Below, in pieces: positions 12,329-23,193 of a DNA stretch of 64,000 nt. The stretch is from Lama glama. Taxonomy: Eukaryota. Location of the stretch: assembly GCA_028534125.1 (NCBI GenBank), contig CM052818.1, forward strand, positions 21,950,001-22,014,000, in the 5' to 3' direction. A program made the translations under genes and the position numbers. A model generated the notes under the pieces. The model did not search any database and had not been told where the DNA came from. It saw only the letters and a program-made list of their open reading frames with translations. Position 1 is the first letter of the stretch. Every line of letters begins with the position of its first letter.

Positions 12329-14415
12329 CAATCAGGTAAGAAAAAGAAATAACAGGGATCCAAATTGGAAGAGAAGAGGTAAAATTGTCACTCTATGTGA
12401 ATGACATGACACTATATAGAGAAAACCCTAAAAGCTCCACACAAGAACTACTAGAGCTGATAAAAGAATTCAGCAAGGTAGCAGGATACAAGATTCACAT
12501 ACAGAAATTAGTTGCATATCTTTACACTAACAATGAATTAGCAGGAAAAGAAAGTAAACAACAAAGGAGGTGAAAGACTTATACATGGAGAACTACAAAA
12601 CATTGATTAAGGAAATTAAAGATGACTTAAAGAAATGGAAAGATATCTCCTGCTTTTGGATTGAAAGAATCAACATTGTTAAAATAGCCATACTGCCCAA
12701 GGCAATCTACAGATTTAATGCGATCCCTATCAAATTACCCAGGACATTTTTCACAGAACTAGAACAAACAATCCTAAAATTTATGTGGAATCACAAAAGA
12801 CCCAGAATTCCCAAAGCAATATTGAAGAAAAAGAATGAAGCTGGAGGAATAACCCTCCCAGACTTCAGGTAATACTACAGAGCTACAGTAATCAAAATAG
12901 CATGATATTGGCATAAAAACAGACATATGGATCAACAGAACAGAATGGGGAGCCCAGAAATAAACTCACAGACCTATGGTCAATTAATCTTTGACAAATG
13001 AGGCAAGAATATACAATGGAGAAAAGACAGTCTCTTCAGCAAGTGGTGTTGGGAAAACTGGCCAGCTGCATGTAAACCAATGAAGATAGAACACTTCCTC
13101 ACTCCATATACAAAAATAAATTCAAAATGTCTTAAAGACTTAAATATAAGACAAGACACGATAAATCTTCTAAAAGAAAAACATAGGCAAAACATTCTCT
13201 GACATAAATCTTAGCAATGTTCTCCTAGGGCAGTCTACCCAGGCAAAAGAAATAAAAACAAAAATGAACAAATGAGACCTAATTAAACTTACAAGCTTTT
13301 GCACAGTAAAGGAAACCATAAGCAAAACAAAACAGCAACCTACAGAATGGGAGAAAATATTTGCAAATGATGCGACTGACAAAGGCTTAATTTCCAGAAT
13401 ATATAAATAGCTCATACAACTTAATAACAAACAAACAACTCAATCCAAAAATGGGCAGAAGACCTAAATAAGCAATTCTCCAATGAAGACGTACAAATGG
13501 CAAATAAGCATATGAAAAAATGCTTAATATCACTAATTATCAGAGAAATGCAAATCGAAACTACAATGAGGTATCACCCCTCACACCAATCAGGCTGGCC
13601 ATCATTCAAAAGTCCATGAACGATAAATGCTGGAGAGGCTGTGGAGAAAAGGGAACACTCCTACGCTGTTGGTGGGAATGCAGTTTTGTGCAGCCATTAT
13701 GGAAAACGGTATGGAGAGTCTTTTTAAAAAAAAAACTAAAAATAGACTTACCATATGATCCAGCAATCCATTCCTGGGCATATATCTGGAGGGAACTCTA
13801 ATTTAAAAAGATACATGCACCCCAATGTTCATAGCAGCACTATATACAATAGCAAAGACATGGAAGCAACCTAAATGTCCATCGACAGATGACTGGATAA
13901 AGAAGCTGTGGTATATTTATACAATGGATTACTACTCAGCCATAAAAAAGAATAAAATAATGCCATTTGCAGCAACATGGATGGACCTAGAGATCATCAT
14001 TCTAAGTGAAGTAAGCCAGAAAGAGAAAGAAAAATACCACATGATACCACTCATACGTGGAATCTAAACAAAAAGAAAAAAGTAAAAAAAGGGACACTAT
14101 GAACTCATCTACAAAACAAAAACAGACTCACAGACATAGTAAACAATTTTATAGTTACTGGGGAAAGGGGGTGGGAAGGGATAAATTTGGGAGTTTGAGA
14201 TTTGCCAATGTTAGCCATTATATATAAAAATAGATTTAAAAAATAGTTTCTTCTGTATAGCACAGGGAACTATATTCAATATCTTATAATAGCCTTTACT
14301 GAAAAAGAATATGAAAATGAATATATGTATTTATATGCATGATTGGCACACTGTGCTGTACATGAGAAACTGACACATTGTAACTGACTGTACTTCAATT
14401 TTAAAAAATTTAAAA
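12329..14415 (+). mobile_element. 5'-truncated LINE-1 (~2.1 kb: end of RT domain, C-terminus, 3' UTR), defective, inserted in a MIR
   Basis: ORFs 12385, 12570, 13520 and 13825 are L1 ORF2p fragments ([40 protein letters not shown]). 19-bp TSD at 12310 and 14416. Confidence 0.96.
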
Positions 14416-15539
14416 AATAGTTTGTAATTTTTGGAAAATCATTTGAGAGCAACATTTGCCTTATAAGGTTATTCTAAAGACACCTGCCTCATAAGAACAT
14501 TATAATATGAGTTAATATATATGAAGTTCTGAGATCAGAGTCTGGGAGATAAAAGTGTTCTATAAACTTGGCAATGATTATTATTTAAATGAACCTAAAT
14601 GGGTTCCCACAGGTTCCTAATGATTGCAACTAAGAAGGGTTCTGTGTCAAATAAGCTTATGAATCAGGTTTAACACAATTAAACAATATTTTTAAACCAC
14701 AGTATTTCTCAGAGCCTTCAATATGCTGTCATGTATTATGAGGATCCAAGGAAGAATGCACTTCCTAACTTTGTTTTTCACAGTCAGTGCTGTTCCCCAA
14801 GTGAAGGAATTATCAGCAGTCCCAACCTCTGGTTCAGAAGGAGATTGTGGAGTCATGGTGTCCAAATCACTGGGATGGTAATTTAAAGCATACCAATTAT
14901 TTACCAGACAGATCTCACACATCTCACTTAAAACACTACCTTTTTGAAACAGTAGTTTTGTAAAGTGGGATTGGCAGGAGGCAGAATTGTATATGATTAA
15001 AACAGACACTGGAGTTGAACAGAACTGGGTTTAAATCTGTCAAACAAGTTATTTAGTATCTCTAAGCCTCAGTGTCCTCAGCTATAAAGTGGGGGCAACA
15101 GTGATGTATAGCTCCTAGGCTTGTTATATGAATTTAATGAGGTAAGGCCTGGCTCTGTTTGCTACTATTGATGCATATATCCTAAGAGAGGGGTTAATAT
15201 TTGTCAGCAAACAATAAATTAGTTATTCTGTTCTCAGCCACTCTACTCATTCAGAGCCCCCGGTGCCTCTAAGGTTGCAGTAGGAAAAGCACTGGAACGA
15301 GGCCCAGCACCTGCGGGTTTTAGAGCACCCTTTGTGCTTGATTGGTTAGTTGATGGATGTATGACATGTTTACTGAGATCACCACATCTCCCTGTGCCCA
15401 GTTTTCTCTTCTGTGAAAAAGAACAAGAGAAGCACATCTTTCCTACTCATTTCGGGGTTATCGTGAGGATCAGATCCCTGATTCTCATGTACGTATGATT
15501 TTCTTAAAGTATAAAGACCTACAGCTTTTTCAAAAATAA

Positions 15540-15740
15540 TTTATCAAATGCTTACTATGGTTTTACATGCAATGCCTCATTTTAATCTTTACTATTTGGT
15601 GGATATTATTATACCTATTTTAGAGATGAGGAAACTGAGGCTCAGGGAGGCCAGGTATTCTCATTTCCCCCAAGGTCTCATAGCCAATAAGCAATAGAGC
15701 CAAGAATCAACTCCATATCTGACTCCAAAGGTCTTAGAAC
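15540..15740 (-). mobile_element. MIR SINE
   Basis: Core attatacctattttagagatgaggaaactgaggctcagggagg. Confidence 0.8.
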
Positions 15741-16929
15741 CAGTGTGCTTTAAAAAATAATACCATTAAAATACATTTTAAGTTTGAGATCAGTACTGGC
15801 CACATATAATTCATCTCTCTACCAGGTTCTACAGACATCATTTTGATTTTGTAAAATCTGTAACTTGGACAGCAGCCACCAGTTAAATGAATGAAGATGA
15901 AGCATTGGGTAGAAAATAGAATGATCAACATGGGATCCACTCTCTTAATTGGATGATTATTTATGGACACTGGCTAGTTGATTAACTTCCCCTGTGAGCT
16001 ATGCATATTTGCTTTAATTATTACTACAATTAGCATATGTTTGAGGACACCAGTTGGAGAAAGTCCAGTCACCTGTGCTAACTGATCCGCACCTCCTGAT
16101 AGCTCCTGGATGGCAAACTGATGTGCACAGCAAGCAGCTTCACGGACTGAAGTAAAGCAGGGTCTGTCAGAGAGGGAAAATCCATATTAATGATATGCTA
16201 TAAAACACTTTTTGTTAGTTACATATATTCCTTTACTTTCATTTCCCAAGAATAGCTCAGCTGTCAAAGCATTTCCAAGATTTCCATAGATTCGGCAAAT
16301 ACTGTGCGATCGAATTATTGCTCTGAGAGAAGCTACAATTAAAACACATTAATCATTGTAACAAAGGATCCTTATTGAGGCTGACAAAGATGGTGAAATC
16401 TGATGCATAATTAGTCTGGTTAATCTTTTAAAAGTGAATTAAACTGCTAACAAGTTAAATCACTGTGATTTTCAAAATAAGCCTCCAGGGTGAGCAGAGA
16501 ATGGGAATATTATCATTTTTAAAAGATATTTTCTTCCTCTTTCTCATCTCTGGGCTTGCACTGGAGGCCTTGGGTTAGAAAGTGGGACCCATAAGAGCAG
16601 CTAGGGAGAATGAGGCTGGTCAAGCTTTTCTCCCCAATGATTTCTCAATATAGAGGGTCATACAGTGGATGGAAAGGGAACCAGACATGACCTTTAAATC
16701 TGATTCAGAACTAAAATGGCACCTGCTTACCAGACATTCTCAATGACCTCAAGTGGATCTATCATGCTGTTCTGATTTCTTCCCCGCTGTAAGCCAACCA
16801 ATCGTGACAACGATGTCACTCTTGTACAACTTCCCCCTTTTGCCCTTCTCTCTAGTCAGATGGCTTATTCTTCTGGATGACACCTCTTTTCTTTGCATTA
16901 CAATTGCAGTGAAAGACGTGCCACATGCA

Positions 16930-17098
16930 GGGGAGGGGAGGGTATAGCTCAGTGGTAGAGTGCATATCTAGCATGCATAAGGTCTTGGGTTCAATCCCCA
17001 GTGCCTCCAATAAAAATAAACAAATGAATTTTACCTAATTACCTCCTCACCAACAAAAATAAATGAAAAGATAAAAACTTTTAAAAAACATATACAAC
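16930..17098 (+). mobile_element. Vic-1-like SINE
   Basis: ggggagggtatagctcagtggtagag...ggttcaatccccagt..ctcc..acctaattacctc; degenerate TSD aaagacgtgcca / aaagatttgcca. Confidence 0.9.
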
Positions 17099-17235
17099 AA
17101 AGATTTGCCATACTCAGAAATAACTGAGATGGGCAAATATCAACTAATAAATCATGGGAAAGGGACAGAAGGGACAGAATAATCATTTGGGCTAAAGTCT
17201 TCACTCTGGATGAGCCTCCACAACTTTTGGGAGTT

Positions 17236-17640
17236 TTAGTGGATGCTGTGATGCGTGATCCAGACCCCCTTCAAGTAGGAAAAACTTATTTCCACAGCTG
17301 CTATGAGGCTTGCTAAAATTTTAGCCTTGAGTGAAGAAAACTGCCCCTCCAAGGTCATGCTTCCTTCCAGGGGCAACTGGCATCCATTTATTGACCAATG
17401 TGGGGATACAAAGACTGGCCCAACTTGGAACAACTCCAGGGGGTCATCCTGATGCCAGAGTTCCCTGTGTGGTTGGCTAAATTTTTTGTTGGGAGAGCAT
17501 CACAGCTTGATTTCTCCCTCACCAAATCCTAATTTCTTCTTCCTCCTACAGGTATTAATCAGAAGAAGACTCCCTAATAAATAAGCTGACTGCTAAACTG
17601 CATCTCAGAATCTGCTTCCTGGAGGCCCCAACCTACAACA
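17236..17640 (+). mobile_element. ERVL solo LTR (LTR16-like)
   Basis: gtggatgctgtgatgcg..ccagaccccttca...ccaaggtca...aataaa...catctcagaatctgcttcc..acctacaaca. Confidence 0.78.
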
Positions 17641-19439
17641 GAAGAGGTCTCGCTTGTGAGTGGAGGTCTCTGATGACCAGTGATCCAATAAAAGCAGGTG
17701 GTAAAAATGAATCAGCCAAGCTCCCAACTCAGCTGCCTCCTGGCTCTACATCCACTCCCATAACAAGTGTATTCCTGCAAACAGAGGCCAAAGGAGATAT
17801 CCAGGATCATTCAAAGTGGGGGCAATTATTGCTAACACAGATGAAAGGCTTTAAAAAGTAGGTGGGTCTTAAGCAAATTGTTTTAGGCTAGCTACTTAAC
17901 TTTCCTGAAGTGTTTTTCATCTGCACAGTGAGCAGGTACCCTTAGCCTCACGAGCTTGCTGGTTAAGTGAGATGATATACATCTGTTAGTTGCCTGACCT
18001 CTGAATCCCACCAAAGGTTTATTCCTCCTTTACATCCTCCATCCTCTTCACCCTTTTTTCAGATTCCAGGAAAATCACTGCTTTGTCCTGCTTGGGCTCA
18101 TCTACCCCACGGGTGTTTTGGGGATTCCATCTCAGGTGCTCATTCACCCGTCTTCAGACCATGAAGTCTCTCCCTAGCCGGCTGGTCTCAACAATTAGAT
18201 GTCCCTACATGTTAGTTCCAGTGGAGGTGGGGGCACCTCACAGGAATCCCTGTGAGAACTGGTGACTCTCTCCACTCGGAAAATACAGTGGACAACTCAT
18301 CAATGTTAAAGTGTGATTATTTTACATTTAAGTCTGGGCACTGTTCTCGGTTTCATGTGTTAACAGCAGTTTCTCTCCACTAAACTGTAAGTTATTTGAG
18401 GGCAAATAGCTCATCACCTCTTGCAACCCACTAGGTCTAGCCTAGGGGGAGTGATTTTTGTCAAATTACCTGGGAGTCTTGACAAGGAAACTGCTAAGAG
18501 AATAAGAAATACCTGTAAAAATTAATATATCTTGGGGCCTCCCCAGTCACTCTGTGGCAGTTTCCAGGCAGCTTTAAATACTCTTTAACCTCCTGGTGAT
18601 GCTGCTGCCTCGCGTCATAGTGAAAGAAGCAAAATTTACAAGACTTGTCATGAGTCAGATCCCTCTCTCTATCTTAGGCTTGAACCTAGGAAATCTTAAC
18701 AAAATTATAAAGTATCAAGGGAAATTTGGGAATCAGGCTAAAATTGGGCCTTAGAGAAAAGGGAAGTGGAACTGAGATCATTTGGCCCAGGATAAGGGAA
18801 GTTCTATTAACTCCCAATGCGTCTATTGCAAGGAAACCGTTCAAGTCTTATTTGGCTTCCCATAGGAACAAACAAGACTGAAGCAAGGACACTGAAATCT
18901 TGAGAGAGATTAAATCAGACTACTCTGTGTGTGTGTGGGGGGGGGTTACTTTCAGGCTAGCTTTTTAAATATTTTGTTTTATAACTATGTAACATACTCA
19001 CGTGGTTTCAAAGTCAAATCTACAAAACAGTGTAGATTCAAAGAATTGTAACCATTCCTCCTGTTCTATTCTCTCCCTCTCCCATAAGAAATATTTTAAT
19101 GTTTTTACTTTGTTTTGGCCTATCTGCCTACCTTTTAAAAATCTTTTTCTCCCTTTTTACTATTTCTCTGTAGTCATTCATTTAACTATTGTGCTTCTTC
19201 TCTTTTGTGTTTTCCTAATTTAGTCTTCATTTCTGAAATAAATTTTTCCCTTTATTTCTAATTCCTTCCTGGGTTTATTACCTCACTTCCATAAGTTTCT
19301 AATTCTAACTTGTCGTTCTCTTATATTTTCTATCATTTAAAATAGTTCTTTTAGCTTGTTTGAAATATTAGGATTAACTTTTTATCAGTTTCATGAGCAT
19401 ATTTTTCTAAGTGGCTTCATTTTGGGGCTGAAATATTTC

Positions 19440-20075
19440 CTTGATGCCCCACCTTCACTGGGCTTCATCTTCACCCCTGTTTCCACACCCCCATCCAGGA
19501 CTGTCTGGTTTTACCATCCCCTTTCCCCCTACCACATGTTTCCAGGATCTTGCTCCACTAATTGCTGCCTCTTCTCTTTTTCTGTACTTTAAACCTCTCT
19601 CCCTACTGGAACTTTTCCTTCGGTATACAAATATGTTTGTATCTAACCTATCTTTAAAAATTAAGACAAACTGTCCCCATCTCCCATCTTATATTCCCCT
19701 TTAGCCATCTTCTCTAATTCTATTCTTAGCCAACATTTTGCAAGGTCCATCTGCATTACTTCATTTCGCATCCCTACACACCTCTGCTGAAACTCTCACG
19801 AAGGTCACCACTGATTTCCTGGTTGCTAAATCCAAGGACCATTTTTCAGTTTTTATCTCATGAGACCTCTTTCTACTCTCAGACACCACCTCTTTTTTCT
19901 TGAAATGCTCTCCTTTGCTAGTTCTCATTCTTTGGTTCCTCCTTCTTCAGCAAGCCATGCAAATGTGCTATTCTGGGGTTCTATCTTTGGTCCTCTTCTC
20001 TTCCCATTGTGCTTGCCCGCCCTGGGTGATCCTATCCACTGCTTCAATTTCCACTACCACTCAAATGTTAATAAT
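19440..20075 (+). mobile_element. L2 fragment
   Basis: aaggtcaccactgatttcctggttgctaaatccaagg and ttggtcctcttctcttc...ggtgatcctatccac are L2 ORF motifs. Confidence 0.7.
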
Positions 20076-20509
20076 TTCCTATCTACTACTTATTTATTTA
20101 CACCCTTCCTTATTCCAAAAATAAACTTAAGACATCTCATTAAGATATACAGTGAAAGAAATTAATGGAGAAAATCTAGGCAAAGGGTGGTGTTGGGGGG
20201 TCTACAAATAAGGCAGAACACAAAATTGGGCTCTAAGATTTCTTGAAGTAGGTGCAAAAAGGAAAACAGAATAATGCATATGTTTCACTGTGTTCCTAAA
20301 ATAAGAACAAACTATTTGCTCAATAGTAGCATGGAATTCACAGTCTGAGACACAAGCATTTTGTCCCATGGGTCCTAATAAGGGGGACACTGCACTGTGT
20401 TATGGAGTGTTCTCAAAATATCAGTATAGTAAGTACAACAACATATTTCTACAAGCTGTTTTCCTCTTTAATAATGCCTCTCAATATTGACGAATTAGAT
20501 TTTTTTTTT

Positions 20510-20670
20510 TAGTGGCTTAACACACATTTATTATCTCAAAGTTCTAGAGATCAGAAATCCAACATGGCTCTCACAAGGGTAAAACCAAGTTGTGGGCATG
20601 ACCACATTCCTCTTGGAGTCTCCAGGGTGAATTCCATATCCTTGACTTTTCCAGCTTCTCAAAGCCACCC
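20510..20670 (-). mobile_element. MLT1 (C/D-like) LTR fragment
   Basis: gtggcttaac..catttattatctcaaagttctagagatcagaaatcc..ttttccagcttct. Confidence 0.7.
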
Positions 20671-20761
20671 TCAATGAATCAGATTTTTTTATTTTAAAGT
20701 AAACATATGGAAGGCCAAAATAATGTAGTTCTGGTACTTTGCTCTGTAACAACCACACTCA

Positions 20762-20965
20762 TAATTTTCAAACTTTCTTTAACAACAGACTTCTTTGTTA
20801 AAAATGAAATCCCACGTGGAGTCCGAACACCTAAAACTGATTCAGTTGGAACAGTTCTGATTGAAAAGGAAATAAGAGGCCTGTTAAACACCTTCCATCT
20901 CCTGTCCATCCCCACCTGCCTGGCAGCCTCTGAGGTTCAGCAGAACAATTTCTGGAAGCCACCAT
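20762..20965. mobile_element. hAT-Charlie-type MITE
   Basis: Degenerate termini ttttcaaact ... ttctggaagccacc, with internal aaaatgaaatcccacgtggag. Explains ORF 20707..21000. Confidence 0.5.
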
Positions 20966-21293
20966 TCAAGGATAAATTCTTAGAATCATGTCTTGAATGA
21001 AGTGATTTTGATAATTCTCTGTAATTATTTCCTGAAGCTGAACTTTGCGTCAATTCAGCTGATCCAAAGTTAGTATTGACTGAGTATTGCCTATGGATGT
21101 GGGGCAACCATTAGTCATTAATACACTAAACAAATCAGCACAACTATTTTGGAAGACAATTTGGCAATATCTATAATAAGTAGTAGTGAGTTCAAGATTA
21201 TGCTCCCAAACACGGTTAAGTTGCCATTTAAGTGCAGATCCACAAGATGAAATGATTGGCCAAGTTGAAGATAGGATCAGGATTCTCTTAGGA

Positions 21294-21475
21294 AGTGGTT
21301 CTCAAACTTAAGCTGACATCCAAGTCACCTGGAGGATTGTTAAAACACAGACTGATACACTCCATCTGCAGAATTTCTGATTTAGTAGGTCTGAGGAGGC
21401 TGAGAATTTGCATATCTCACAAATTCCTGGGTGGTGCTGATGCTACTAGTCTGGGGACCAGATTTTGACACTGCT
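21294..21475. mobile_element. MER5A-like hAT MITE
   Basis: gtggttctcaaact..tcacctggagg..ttgttaaaacacaga..tttctgatttagtaggtctg..gtgctgatgct. Confidence 0.85.
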
Positions 21476-22309
21476 CTTGAAGAAACTCAGGGAAACCTTA
21501 CCTATTCAGACAGAGTATCCAATTAAAGGTATGTATTATTTCTCAGAGTATAATTTAGAATACAATCTAACTCAGATGCGTAGAGCAATCAAGGTGCTAA
21601 AGTGCTGTGACTTAAAATGGCAACAATAAATGTTAAGAAAAATCTTAAAACATTGTTGTCATCTTGGTCTTAAAAATATATACTATGAATAAAGATACCT
21701 AAATGTTTAATTGAGTGATACAACTTTCTGGAAGGCAAAACACAAAAAGGAAAAAAACAAAACAAAACTAAAACCCCTATGATATCACTGTTTTGATTTA
21801 CTTTTTAAAAATTCTGAGTGAGATTTCACATTTCTGTTTCTTTTTCTGTGAACTATCTTTTGATGCACATCCTTTCACCATTTTAACAGAATTGTTTATC
21901 TTTTTCTTATCAGTTTAACACAACCTGTGTCTGCTATTGGGTTGCAAATATTTTCCAAGGTTGCCTTAACTTTGTGGTCATTTTTAAATATACATGCTTT
22001 GAAACTTGTCACATCCAAACATACATATCAATCTTTTCCTTAATATCTTATGGTTTTATATTTTGAAATTTAGAAAGTTAAATCTTCTCTATTGCAGATT
22101 ATATTTCTTAAATTCACCTATAGTTTTTGCTATCATTTTTACGGATTTGTGTTTTCATGTTTATATCATTCACTCATCCAAATTTTATCTTGGTATACCG
22201 AGTGATCCAGCTTTATTATATCGCCCAAACACTAGCCAGGTACCCTTAAGTCTTATTAAATTATCTAACATAAAGCTGCCCTTTTAAAGAAAAGGAAGAG
22301 ATCAATATT

Positions 22310-22480
22310 TCCCAGAATTCCCTGGTGGCAAGACTCCCCTAGTGGCAAGACTCCCCTAAGGCACATATTAAAATGTAAGTTCCCAGGCCTCTATCCAGAC
22401 TCTGATAAATGGGGGTGTGGTATATTTTTAATAAGTGCCCTCAGGTGATTCTTATCATCTGGGAAGTTTGGCAAACACCA
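22310..22480. mobile_element. MER5A1-like MITE
   Basis: ttcccaggcc..tttttaataagtgccctcaggtgattcttatcatctgggaagtttggcaaacac. Confidence 0.65.
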
Positions 22481-22499
22481 GAATAGTCTTTACTTTGGA

Positions 22500-22810
22500 C
22501 CTAAATAGACAGGACCATTAAAAGAATGACACTGCCATTGATAGGACAAATACTGGTTAGAACCAACGAGGGCCAAGATGGTGGAAGATTCAACTTCCAA
22601 TAGATCTTGGGCCTCATTACACACTCATTGTAATACATTAGTATAAACGATGCACCTATATTCATCATGACAGTTTCCAGGCTGACCATAAAAGGCAAAA
22701 AGTGAGCGAAGCAGTTGGAATAATCCTTCCCACTTGTTAGCATATGAAATTACCCAGCCCATAAAAACTAACCACCCGTGCACCCAAGGGCAGCTTTCCC
22801 TTCTGAGACA
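22500..22810 (+). mobile_element. MER41-like ERV1 LTR fragment
   Basis: Collinear MER41 landmarks: ccaagatgg, ctcatta..tgtaatacattag, catgacagttt, gaataatcc..ttgttagcatat, cataaaaa..aacc. Confidence 0.72.
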
Positions 22811-23050
22811 TCCTCTCGTGTCCCCCATCCTCCTGCAACAGAGGCAGCAATGGATGGTCTGATGCATTGTCTTCAGGGAATTTTTTTGTTTAAATTGGAA
22901 TTGTTTGAAAACCAATTTTTGAGGAAAAAACAATTATTGAGAAAAATTTCCATTCTACCCTCTTAGGTTTTGTGGCTAGGCATCATATAAATGATGTTCA
23001 ATAAAAGAAAGTTTTCACTATCTGGATTTTTCATTGGGCATTATTACTTT

Positions 23051-23193
23051 CTGTGTATAATTGACACACAACATTAATTAATTTCAGATGTACAGTGTAA
23101 CTTGTATATATTGCTAAGTGATCACCACAATAAGTCTGATTAACATCTGTCCCCATACATACTCATAAACTTCTCTTTTCTTGTAATGACTTT
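23051..23193 (-). mobile_element. L1MA-type 3' end stub
   Basis: tataattgacacacaacatt..gatcaccacaataagtctgattaacatc; TSD cattatt(a/c)cttt at 23039 and 23194. Confidence 0.8.

Noticed and set aside
12385..14067. Reverse-transcriptase-like ORFs as a novel retro-element or defence system
   Set aside because: They are ordinary fragmented LINE-1 ORF2, with stops and frameshifts.
16930..17010. tRNA-Ala-like genes (also at 6171, 8106, 48893, 62243, 63501)
   Set aside because: Each has a SINE tail, most have TSDs, and the stems are mutated. They are tRNA-derived SINEs, not tRNA genes.
22872..22880. TTCAGGGAA GAS-like motif beside the MER41-like LTR
   Set aside because: It lies outside the recognisable LTR, and TTCnnnGAA occurs by chance every few kb.
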